A stretch of DNA of 63,619 nucleotides, the filler included, from Guillardia theta CCMP2712 (Eukaryota; Protista; Cryptophyta): NCBI RefSeq assembly GCF_000315625.1. It is 4 parts of 4 records of this genome, joined end to end, with 100 filler letters (N's around TTAATTAATTAA, not from the genome) between each part and the next. Parts side by side here need not be neighbours in the genome. Positions count along the whole stretch, not along the records: positions 17,721 to 36,185 come from NW_005434569.1; positions 36,286 to 54,708 come from NW_005434585.1; 2 more parts are not named here. The stretch is one strand, 5' to 3'. Made by a program: the position numbers and the translations under genes. Positions within the stretch are counted from its first letter, which is position 1. The number at the start of each line of letters is the position of its first letter. Positions 29,385 through 40,592 of the stretch are shown one piece after another. A model generated the notes under the pieces. It was not told the origin of the DNA, made no database searches, and worked only from the letters and a program-made list of their open reading frames with translations.

Positions 29385-32300
29385 GGGCCCGGCCGGCAGG
29401 ATCCGTCGAGAAACAGGGGGGTCAAGGGAGGTTTTCTTCCCCCTGGGAGAAATGTCCTATGGGTTTTTGGATCTGCGATATAAAAAAGTCTTGTCTCGGT
29501 CACGTGATGTGTCACGTGACCGGTCAGGTGAGCCTGTCAGCCGGGTCACGGCCCCTGTCAGCCGGCTGACATGTCACGGGCCTGCTGACACGGTCCGCTG
29601 ACCGGTCACGGCCGCCCGGAGAGATCAGGCCCCCGGCCAATCTCCGGACACTTAGCCTCCTGGCGGGCCTCCAGGGGGTCTGAGGCGGGGCTGAAGGCTG
29701 CAGTCGGTCTACTGACGGGCCCGGCCGGCAGGATCCGTCGAGAAACAGGGGGGTCAAGGGAGGTTTTCTTCCCCCTGGGAGAAATGTCCTATGGGTTTTT
29801 GGATCTGCGATATAAAAAAGTCTTGTCTCGGTCACGTGATGTGTCACGTGACCGGTCAGGTGAGCCTGTCAGCCGGGTCACGGCCCCTGTCAGCCGGCTG
29901 ACATGTCACGGGCCTGCTGACACGGTCCGCTGACCGGTCACGGCCGCCCGGAGAGATCAGGCCCCCGGCCAATCTCCGGACACTTAGCCTCCTGGCGGGC
30001 CTCCAGGGGGTCTGAGGCGGGGCTGAAGGCTGCAGTCGGTCTACTGACGGGCCCGGCCGGCAGGATCCGTCGAGAAACAGGGGGGTCAAGGGAGGTTTTC
30101 TTCCCCCTGGGAGAAATGTCCTATGGGTTTTTGGATCTGCGATATAAAAAAGTCTTGTCTCGGTCACGTGATGTGTCACGTGACCGGTCAGGTGAGCCTG
30201 TCAGCCGGGTCACGGCCCCTGTCAGCCGGCTGACATGTCACGGGCCTGCTGACACGGTCCGCTGACCGGTCACGGCCGCCCGGAGAGATCAGGCCCCCGG
30301 CCAATCTCCGGACACTTAGCCTCCTGGCGGGCCTCCAGGGGGTCTGAGGCGGGGCTGAAGGCTGCAGTCGGTCTACTGACGGGCCCGGCCGGCAGGATCC
30401 GTCGAGAAACAGGGGGGTCAAGGGAGGTTTTCTTCCCCCTGGGAGAAATGTCCTATGGGTTTTTGGATCTGCGATATAAAAAAGTCTTGTCTCGGTCACG
30501 TGATGTGTCACGTGACCGGTCAGGTGAGCCTGTCAGCCGGGTCACGGCCCCTGTCAGCCGGCTGACATGTCACGGGCCTGCTGACACGGTCCGCTGACCG
30601 GTCACGGCCGCCCGGAGAGATCAGGCCCCCGGCCAATCTCCGGACACTTAGCCTCCTGGCGGGCCTCCAGGGGGTCTGAGGCGGGGCTGAAGGCTGCAGT
30701 CGGTCTACTGACGGGCCCGGCCGGCAGGATCCGTCGAGAAACAGGGGGGTCAAGGGAGGTTTTCTTCCCCCTGGGAGAAATGTCCTATGGGTTTTTGGAT
30801 CTGCGATATAAAAAAGTCTTGTCTCGGTCACGTGATGTGTCACGTGACCGGTCAGGTGAGCCTGTCAGCCGGGTCACGGCCCCTGTCAGCCGGCTGACAT
30901 GTCACGGGCCTGCTGACACGGTCCGCTGACCGGTCACGGCCGCCCGGAGAGATCGGGCCCCCGGCCAATCTCCGGACACTTAGCCTCCTGACGGGCCTCC
31001 AGGGGGTCTGAGGCGGGGCTGAAGGCTGCAGTCGGTCTACTGACGGGCCCGGCCGGCAGGATCCGTCGAGAAACAGGGGGGTCAAGGGAGGTTTTCTTCC
31101 CCCTGGGAGAAATGTCCTATGGGTTTTTGGATCTGCGATATAAAAAAGTCTTGTCTCGGTCACGTGATGTGTCACGTGACCGGTCAGGTGAGCCTGTCAG
31201 CCGGGTCACGGCCCCTGTCAGCCGGCTGACATGTCACGGGCCTGCTGACACGGTCCGCTGACCGGTCACGGCCGCCCGGAGAGATCAGGCCCCCGGCCAA
31301 TCTCCGGACACTTAGCCTCCTGGCGGGCCTCCAGGGGGTCTGAGGCAGGGCTGAAGGCTGCAGTCGGTCTACTGACGGGCCCGGCCGGCAGGATCCGTCG
31401 AGAAACAGGGGGGTCAAGGGAGGTTTTCTTCCCCCTGGGAGAAATGTCCTATGGGTTTTTGGATCTGCGATATAAAAAAGTCTTGTCTCGGTCACGTGAT
31501 GTGTCACGTGACCGGTCAGGTGAGCCTGTCAGCCGGGTCACGGCCCCTGTCAGCCGGCTGACATGTCACGGGCCTGCTGACACGGTCCGCTGACCGGTCA
31601 CGGCCGCCCGGAGAGATCAGGCCCCCGGCCAATCTCCGGACACTTAGCCTCCTGGCGGGCCTCCAGGGGGTCTGAGGCGGGGCTGAAGGCTGCAGTCGGT
31701 CTACTGACGGGCCCGGCCGGCAGGATCCGTCGAGAAACAGGGGGGTCAAGGGAGGTTTTCTTCCCCCTGGGAGAAATGTCCTATGGGTTTTTGGATCTGC
31801 GATATAAAAAAGTCTTGTCTCGGTCACGTGATGTGTCACGTGACCGGTCAGGTGAGCCTGTCAGCCGGGTCACGGCCCCTGTCAGCCGGCTGACATGTCA
31901 CGGGCCTGCTGACACGGTCCGCTGACCGGTCACGGCCGCCCGGAGAGATCAGGCCCCCGGCCAATCTCCGGACACTTAGCCTCCTGGCGGGCCTCCAGGG
32001 GGTCTGAGGCGGGGCTGAAGGCTGCAGTCGGTCTACTGACGGGCCCGGCCGGCAGGATCCGTCGAGAAACAGGGGGGTCAAGGGAGGTTTTCTTCCCCCT
32101 GGGAGAAATGTCGTATGGGTTTTTGGATCTGCGATATAATTATGTCTGGGGCTCGTCGGCGCAATATGTCACGTGACCGGTCAGGTGAGCCTGTCAGCCG
32201 GGTCACGGCCCCTGTCAGCCGGCTGACATGTCACGGGCCTGCTGACACGGTCCGCTGACCGGTCACGGCCGCCCGGAGAGATCAGGCCCCCGGCCAATCT

Positions 32301-32661
32301 CCGGACACTTAGCCTCCTGGCGGGCCTCCAGGGGGTCTGAGGCGGGGCTGAAGGCTGCAGTCGGTCTACTGACCGGCCCGGCCGGCAGGATCCGTCGAGA
32401 AACAAGGGGGGTCAAGGGAGGTTTTCTTCCCCCTGGGAGAAATGTCCTATGGGTTTTTGGATCTGCGATATAAAAAAGTCTTGTCTCGGTCACGTGATGT
32501 GTCACGTGACCGGTCAGGTGAGCCTGTCAGCCGGGTCACGGCCCCTGTCAGCCGGCTGACATGTCACGGGCCTGCTGACACGGTCCGCTGACCGGTCACG
32601 GCCGCCCGGAGAGATCAGGCCCCCGGCCAATCTCCGGACACTTAGCCTCCTGGCGGGCCTC
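29385..32661. repeat. 332-bp tandem array, segment 2 (~9.9 units)
   Basis: Same unit with only scattered single-base variants and one locally divergent patch near 32140. Confidence 0.97.
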
Positions 32662-35315
32662 CATAGCGTTGCTTTTCCGGCCGGGCGCTCATAGGAAAAA
32701 TTGGCAAGATTTTTTTTTTTTCGAAGGGCCTGTGGGGTCCCTTCATTTCATGCCATGTGGGAGTACCCTACTTTGAGAAGGCGTGTAGGAGGGTACTCGC
32801 TCGTAGGGAAATCGTTGCTGCGCAGGGCCAAAGAGGGGTAGGGTGATTTGAATTTGGTTGCTTGGACACCTCACCACGCCAAACCAAAGTAAAAGTACGA
32901 ATTTTAGAAGTATCTGTGGTACCAACTTAATATTGCAGCGTTTATATGGTACAAAACGAGGGCCAAACTGGTCGGAACTTCGACTTCCGAGAACCCCTCC
33001 GTTTGACTTTCGTTGGGGGGTGGGGTGGGTATGGAGCACCCTCAACTACCCACCTTTGAACGAGTTTGAAACTCTGTGATAGGGGGTGGGGGGTAGCCCC
33101 CTTTTCTCATTCCCCAAGCCCCCTCTCCCTGGACGAGCAAGAGGCGATGAAATGGTGCCTTCCTGACTCGCGAGGATGAACCTTGATATTGAGAGACTTC
33201 GAATCCAACCCAACTGAGATAGGAATCAGATGAAGATCTCATATCATACCTGTAAGAGATGATCAAGCTTCTTTCTCAACTCTACAGGTTGGGCCAAGGT
33301 TTGAATCATCCATCGTGTACTGGAATATGCACCCTAGGTACAAACAATCCGCGTGTGTACTTGAAAATATTCTTCGAAGACAAGATGAAATTTTCATGAA
33401 CAGCTAAGCAACTAATGATAGATTCACCATTGAACAGAATCAACTCTGATTGACCCTTCTTTCAAATTGCCGTAGGTTGAACGTTGAGCTCAAATGCATG
33501 ATTTGTGAGAAATTTGTATCAAACTGTATCTTAAGCGACTTTGCTGTCTAAATATGTGTTCTCATGTCATCACTCACTTTCAATTCTTCTAGTCTTACGG
33601 TCAGGATTCATGCACCTCACTTTTCTATAGAGAAAGCTTTACATGCTCAACCGTTCAATGATGCATGAAGAGACGTTTGCACAAAGGATTTCTTTACCTG
33701 CCAGGATAGATGACTTTGAATCATCGTTGTTGATCATGAATCACTATATCCATGATCAAGTGCATTGACAATTGCATTTCCATGTTTCATGACGTTGGAT
33801 GATTTTTCTGCACTGCAACTTCTTCCTCTGTCATGACATTTCCACAACGCTGCAGAAACCTAGTTAGAAATGAAACAATGTGCAGATGAATCTGATATCA
33901 ATAAATGAGATGTTCTTCGAATCAATCCTGCCTTGTTTGGACAGTTCGCAATGCTACCATGCAACAGTAGAGTTCTTGTCGCATTTGGCTCTACAGAGGG
34001 GTGCCTTGTTCAACAGAGCAAGCACTCGATGATTGTAAACGAACCACAAACACTGTGAATCAATAAACAGCATTCCACATTCAGGTGATCATATATTTAT
34101 TACAAGCGTTTCAATCTGGGTAAAAGCACAACCGACCTCCTTGTAATCCGTCAGTGACGACGTTCCATCTTTTGCCTGGCGAAGTTATTTCTGTGTTAAC
34201 CAAGAAGCATGTGACATGTAGCCACATCATAAATGCTGTACGGCCTGGAATATCAGCATCTTCAAAGTGCTCGTGTTTGCTGTGACCGTATCATCTGCTT
34301 GGCAGCGGCTCATTGATGGACACACGATCTGATGCAAGTTCACACCAGTAATATTTAGATGATGCATCATGTGATCAAATGGCATAGACCTTGGTGATTT
34401 GCATCATGTTTCATCGTTCCAACACATCCTTGAAAACCGGATGAAAAATCCTTCACGAACCACTGGACTTGCTTGTTATCATTCGATAGTGCTGTGGATC
34501 ATCGTGGTTTCAAGCAATCGAGCAGCTCACTGCTAAAATGCACTGTATTTCTTGCGAGCCTATCAGCCATCATCGTGAAGACATGTGTTCTTGAGCTCAC
34601 TGGTGACTGTACGGCTTTTGAACAATCCAGTCACCGTCGGATGATGATTCCCTGTCGTCTTGTGTGTAATCTCCATCCATCTACTCCAACTCAGTTTCCC
34701 TGTCATGCATCGCAGATAGCTTAGGGTATTTCACAACCCGGTTTCGATTGCAACGTATCCCTGTGATGGTGATTTTCACTTGTATTATTGATGCTCTTCG
34801 CTCACCAAACGATTTTTCGTGAGATTCACGCACTGTACGAAGCACTCCTCAAGGATCATCATCTCTACACCCCAGGAATTTCCCATGAGGATGTTCGGTG
34901 AACATCTGATGTCTGCACACGCTGCCGCGGGCTCGCTGTTTCCGAGCCATGGTTAGGGCAGTACAGAGCGGTGCGACGTGCCCCGAACAAGGGGAGGCTC
35001 ATGGCGTGTAGAGGTCGTTCAAACTTGTTTATAAAATTGTACCATAAGAAGGCTCTACAAATTAGTTAGTAGACTACCCCATGATCTCACTGCAACTTCT
35101 GGGGTGCAGCCCTACTTCTCTGTTTATACTCAACCATTCCACAATACAGTTTAAAATCTCTTATTGGAAAACAACATCAGAGTTATAAACCTGAAATTTG
35201 GACCCTATTTCAAATCCTCAAACACGCCACCCCCCAATCCACCTAGAAAGCAGAACAACCCCCTCACGGGAAAACATACACCCCAAAGCAGAAAAAGCAA
35301 AATGTCAACGCTATG
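32662..35315. mobile_element. 2,654-bp insertion with 10-bp TIRs (CATAGCGTTG), no TSD and no recognisable transposase
   Basis: The array reads ...GGCGGGCCTC|insert|CAGGGGGTCT..., which exactly reconstitutes the unit. The ends are CATAGCGTTG and CAACGCTATG. Confidence 0.8.
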
Positions 35316-36185
35316 CAGGGGGTCTGAGGCGGGGCTGAAGGCTGCAGTCGGTCTACTGACGGGCCCGGCCGGCAGGATCCGTCGAGAAACAGGGGGGTCA
35401 AGGGAGGTTTTCTTCCCCCTGGGAGAAATGTCCTATGGGTTTTTGGATCTGCGATACAAAAAAGTCTTGTCTCGGTCACGTGATGTGTCACGTGACCGGT
35501 CAGGTGAGCCTGTCAGCCGGGTCACGGCCCCTGTCAGCCGGCTGACATGTCACGGGCCTGCTGACACGGTCCGCTGACCGGTCACGGCCGCCCGGAGAGA
35601 TCAGGCCCCCGGCCAATCTCCGGACACTTAGCCTCCTGGCGGGCCTCCAGGGGGTCTGAGGCGGGGCTGAAGGCTGCAGTCGGTCTACTGACGGGCCCGG
35701 CCGGCAGGATCCGTCGAGAAACAGGGGGGTCAAGGGAGGTTTTCTTCCCCCTGGGAGAAATGTCCTATGGGTTTTTGGATCTGCGATATAAAAAAGTCTT
35801 GTCTCGGTCACGTGATGTGTCACGTGACCGGTCAGGTGAGCCTGTCAGCCGGGTCACGGCCCCTGTCAGCCGGCTGACATGTCACGGGCCTGCTGACACG
35901 GTCCGCTGACCGGTCACGGCCGCCCGGAGAGATCAGGCCCCCGGCCAATCTCCGGACACTTAGCCTCCTGGCGGGCCTCCAGGGGGTCTGAGGCGGGGCT
36001 GAAGGCTGCAGTCGGTCTACTGACGGGCCCGGCCGGCAGGATCCGTCGAGAAACAGGGGGGTCAAGGGAGGTTTTCTTCCCCCTGGGAGAAATGTCCTAT
36101 GGGTTTTTGGATCTGCGATATAAAAAAGTCTTGTCTCGGTCACGTGATGTGTCACGTGACCGGTCAGGTGAGCCTGTCAGCCGGG
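35316..36185. repeat. 332-bp tandem array, segment 3 (~2.6 units, runs into a gap)
   Basis: Resumes in exact phase with segment 2. Confidence 0.97.
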
Positions 36186-36506
36186 NNNNNNNNNNNNNNN
36201 NNNNNNNNNNNNNNNNNNNNNNNNNNNNNTTAATTAATTAANNNNNNNNNNNNNNNNNNNNNNNNNNNNNNNNNNNNNNNNNNNNGGCAGAAGAAAGGAG
36301 GAAGACGGGAGGGAGGAGAGAGAGGGGGGACGGCTGACGGGAACAGGATCGAGACATGGGAAAGCTCTACAGGAGCGAGGAGGGTGAGGGTGAGAAAGCA
36401 GACGGCATTCAGCAAAACACGCAAGGAAAGTGGACAAGTCTTGCTGCTTATCTTTGTTCGACTAAAAGATGGATGAGGGAGACGTTGGAGGATAGGACGG
36501 AGGGAT

Positions 36507-38657
36507 CTACTTAGACACAGCAGCCACCACCTTGGTTGCAGCATCATCGAGGTCCTCGCCTGCAACAAGCACGTCATGGCAAGAAGGGACTGGCTGGCAC
36601 TGACCGAGGATGCACTTGATCCCAGAGTTCTTCATCAGCTCCATGGCTCCTTCAACGTTGTTGCCCTGCAGGCGGACGACGAGTGGAACCTTGGGAGAGC
36701 CTCCCCAGACCTGAGCCGACAGCAGGTCAGAACCTCGCACTCGCAGCTCGCACATGCTCGGGACCTCCTTGGCAGCGTCGACGATGCCCTGAGCAACGGT
36801 CGCGCAGTTAACGATGCCGCCGAAGATGTTGACGAGGATGCCCTGGACCTTGGGGTCTGAGTTGAGGATGCGGAAGGCTGCGACGACCTGGAGTGCGGTC
36901 AGACCCCAGGGAGGGGCGGGAGGGGCGAGAGGAGCGAGGGCGCGCTGATGAGGGGGAGGGAGAGAGGGAGGGAGGGAAGGACCTGCGGGGTCTTTACGGA
37001 GCCACCAAGATCGAGGAAGTTGGCAGGGGATCCTCCGTGCAGCTTGATGATGTCCATGGTGGCCATGGCCAGTCCAGCGCCGTTGACGAGGCATGCGATG
37101 TTGCCATCGAGATTGATGAAGTTCAAGTCGAACTTGGCTGCCTCCACGTCGAGCGGATCCTGCAGGTCTCAAGGATTCAGTTCCGAAGGCCAGCGACGAG
37201 TTGACGAGGGAAGGAGCCTGTGCGAGAAGCCTCACCTCCTGGGTGATGTCGCGCCGGGCATGAATGTCCTTCTGCCTGAACTCGGCATTGTCATCGAAGT
37301 TGACCTGCAAGACGAGTCTCAGGCACTGGATAGAACTCGTTCTTGTCCAAGAAACCTTGGCATCAACACAGACGATCTCGCCATCAGGAGTCTCTGTGAA
37401 GGGATTGACCTAGAAACTTGATTTCAGCCGGCGGGCTTAAATTTGAGACTTCAAACTCACCTCGACCATTGTGCAATCACACTTGATGAAAGTGTCGTAG
37501 AGCGCCTTAATCTGATTGGCGGCCATGTTGGTAGCCTGACCGTAACCAGTAAGACTATGCGCGATACGTCATCAAAGAGATCACTTTCTCGCAGCTGAAG
37601 TTCATCTTCTTAGCAATAGCTTCTGCCTGGCCAGGCTTCAATCCAGTGTCGATGTCCACCTGATCTCACATCAATCATGCGTCCATGCATTAGCCAAAAC
37701 AAATGGTACAGGCTCTTTGATGATCGCGCTAGGATCTGCAGCAGCAATGTCCTCGATAGTGACACCACCTTTTGCACTGGCTACAATGACAGGGCCTCCA
37801 TATGACCTGCACGAACAAATTTAGCGAGCTGGAACGGACCGTAGGCACTTCTACCGGTCCATCAAAATCGCAAAGTACTTCTCAGACTTGGTTTGGATGG
37901 TTTGAACAACAGCAACCTGCAAAGACAAGGGTCATTCAAATGTATCAGATTGCTGCACATCAAATACAGTGTTGCAAATACGTCCCGCAGCCCCCGTTTG
38001 CTTTGTCACCAGCAGTTGACCTGCAAATAGCAACACGTCAGGTGCATCGAAACATTTTGGTCCACCAAGAAAAGGAGCAGGGCGACCAAATTACCGAGCA
38101 TCTTAGAAGCCATGTCCTTGATTTCACCAGCTGTTTTCACCCCAACGTGCACTCCACCCTTGAATCTACCAACTAGTTACGATCGTCGCTGACGATTTAG
38201 AACGCTGAGCACCCGTTCTTGAACGTTCCTAGACCACGTCCTCCTGCCAGAACTTGCGCCTTGATCACCTGGAATATCCATCAGGAAAAGAGAAGAATTT
38301 CACGCCGGTCATTGCCATGTTGTCACTCGAGAGGGATTTTGCCACCTTGGATAACGTCAGCGCAAGGATTCCAAACATTCAACATCTCACTTGTTCGGCC
38401 TCCTCTGGAGTGTGAGCAACTCCTCCCTTAGGCGTATTCACCTAGAGCAGCAAGTTAACACCGATTTTGAACTGGTTCATCCCACCCCAAACTTTCTCAT
38501 GACTTCCGCCGACTGATATTCATGAAGGTTGAGAAAGCGGACAGGAACCTACACAACCATGAGCATCTTACTTAGAGCGAAATAAGAGCTCTACCTGCCC
38601 GATAACACTTCGGGTTAACACCTGACGATGTATGATTCTTGATGCATTCAGTATCAT
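36507..38657 (-). CDS. Mitochondrial succinyl-CoA ligase beta subunit (multi-exon)
   Basis: Presequence [21 protein letters not shown] followed by [12 protein letters not shown]. Also [47 protein letters not shown] and [10 protein letters not shown]. Confidence 0.93.
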
Positions 38658-40592
38658 GGTTGCAAGCTGCCAGACGTCATTCAGCTTCGGAAGAGGAGAC
38701 GGTAGCAAAGGTCAAAAAGCAATGGCAGAAGAAAATAAAATAAGACAGGCCCAATGAGAATGAGAGAACCAATAAGTGGAAGCAAAAGTCATGGACGGTG
38801 CAGCAGGCAACTTTTGGGTACAAACGTAGGTGAAAATACAAAGAGATCCAAAATAGAAATTGAATGGAGTGAGGAACAAGGAGTTGGAGAGAGATTTCCA
38901 TCAGTCCAGCTCATGACAAGCATGCTAGCGAGCAATCCATGACGCGATTGAGAGAGAAGAAGAGAATATCATGATCACAGCAACAGAAAATCTTGTTCAA
39001 AGCATGGGCGACATTTTGTGGCTCGATCCAACACAGGGGTCGTAGCGGCAGCCGAAGATCAATGCGACCATACGGCGAAGTCGCAGGATGGACGAGGAGG
39101 AGGAGGAGAGGGAGGTGGAGTGAGCCAAGAGGAGGGTGTGTGCGCCCGCATGGGGAGAGGAGAGGAGGAAGAAGCATTCCACACGCGCATGCCCACTGCC
39201 GCTGCATCACAATCAAGACAAGCTTTCATGGTCGGTCGCAAGAGAGGCGGTTACCACCCCCTACCCGTTCACACCACCCCTATCTGAACAGCCAAGTGGC
39301 ACCCCTGCTGTGTTCCAACCCCTGATACTCTCCTCTACCGTAGTACCCTACCCTCCATCTTATCAATTTCTTCATATACTACCGGTTGTTTGTTACGCAC
39401 CCCTACCCCTCCTTGTGTACTAGAGGATGTTGTACCCTACCCAGACTTGAGGAAGGAAATGATACCTGACTACCCGTCATTCAAGTACCTACCCCTTGAT
39501 CTTACCCACACGTATTGAGCTCGGAAGGGATGTAGTGGACGGGTGGGTGTTTCTCAGCAGGAAAGGAAGGGTAGGGTCAAAATGAAAGAGCTGGTAAAGG
39601 ACGGGTCCTTATATAAATTTTAGACGATATTGGGGGTAGGGTAATTGTGTGATTTGAAAGGGGGTAGGGTACAATGATTGGGGTGGGTGCTACTCTGTAC
39701 CTCAAAACCTCAGAGGTTCTGGCCTTCGGTAGGTAGTTCCTTAATAGTTATTTTTATACACCTTGAATAATCTTTTAATATGAGGAGAAGGTTTTAGATT
39801 GCTACCAGGAGAAAATTAGGTACAAATTAAAACTATTTTAATTAATTCCAGTAGAGTTCAGTCGGGGTTAAATGTAGTTTTATTCTTTCGTATCACCGGT
39901 TGACGGCCGGGCACATGATTCCAGTACGGTCCCCGGGCCCGGGCAAGTTTAACCGTCGGGCCGGCACGGTCCGATCCGACTCGGGGAGTCACGGCCCGAC
40001 TGAGCCGCCGCTTGGCAGTGGAGCCTGGAGTGTCCGGTGCGCAGCGAACGGGGGTCAGTGGAGCCGCAGTGCCACTGAACTTGAAATGCGGGCCGGGCGA
40101 CGGCCCAGAGTTCCGAGCCCCCGCGGGCGATTCATGTCAGGGGCCAGGCTTTCAAGTCACGGGGGGGCGCGCCCTGATAACACTGACTACTGAGTACGGT
40201 GGGCCCGGGCCCGAGGCTTAGTACGGTAGGCTCCCTAGACTCACTGCCTCGGACTCAGCCCGGCACAGCGGCAGGCTCGGAGCCCACTGGGCGGGGCAAG
40301 TTAAGTTACAGGCTGCTGCACTGCCGCCGCCCCCATCATTGATCGGACAGGCTCTCATTGACTCGGACTTTGAGTTGCCATCACTGTCAGTGATGCTCTC
40401 TGGCAGGCTGCCTCGGACAGTGACGGAACTGGCAGTTCTGAACTCGGAAAGGTTGCTGCTAGTAACCGTTCAACGGTTTTACTGACTCGTGTGAGTAGTG
40501 ACCAACGGTCCCTTGACTAGTTGCCCGGAGGTTTGGATGGATTTCCCTCTAGGGAGAAGAAAATCCTTGACGCTGACGCAACAACAGGCGAC

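Noticed and set aside
32140-32166. Divergent patch replacing the left arm of the palindrome in one unit (possible recombination scar)
   Set aside because: It looks like a noisy version of the normal sequence at a hairpin, consistent with low-quality base calls. It cannot be distinguished without reads.
27086-36155. Repeated 107-aa ORF (MTHHVTETRL...)
   Set aside because: By-product of the GC-rich 332-bp repeat. It has a non-ATG start and no recognisable domain.
26861-36185. CRISPR array or tandem tRNA/5S/SL-RNA genes
   Set aside because: There are no unique spacers between units, and no cloverleaf, 5S or clear Sm-site sequence was recognised. TATA-like and T-run motifs exist, so an Infernal scan would still be worthwhile.
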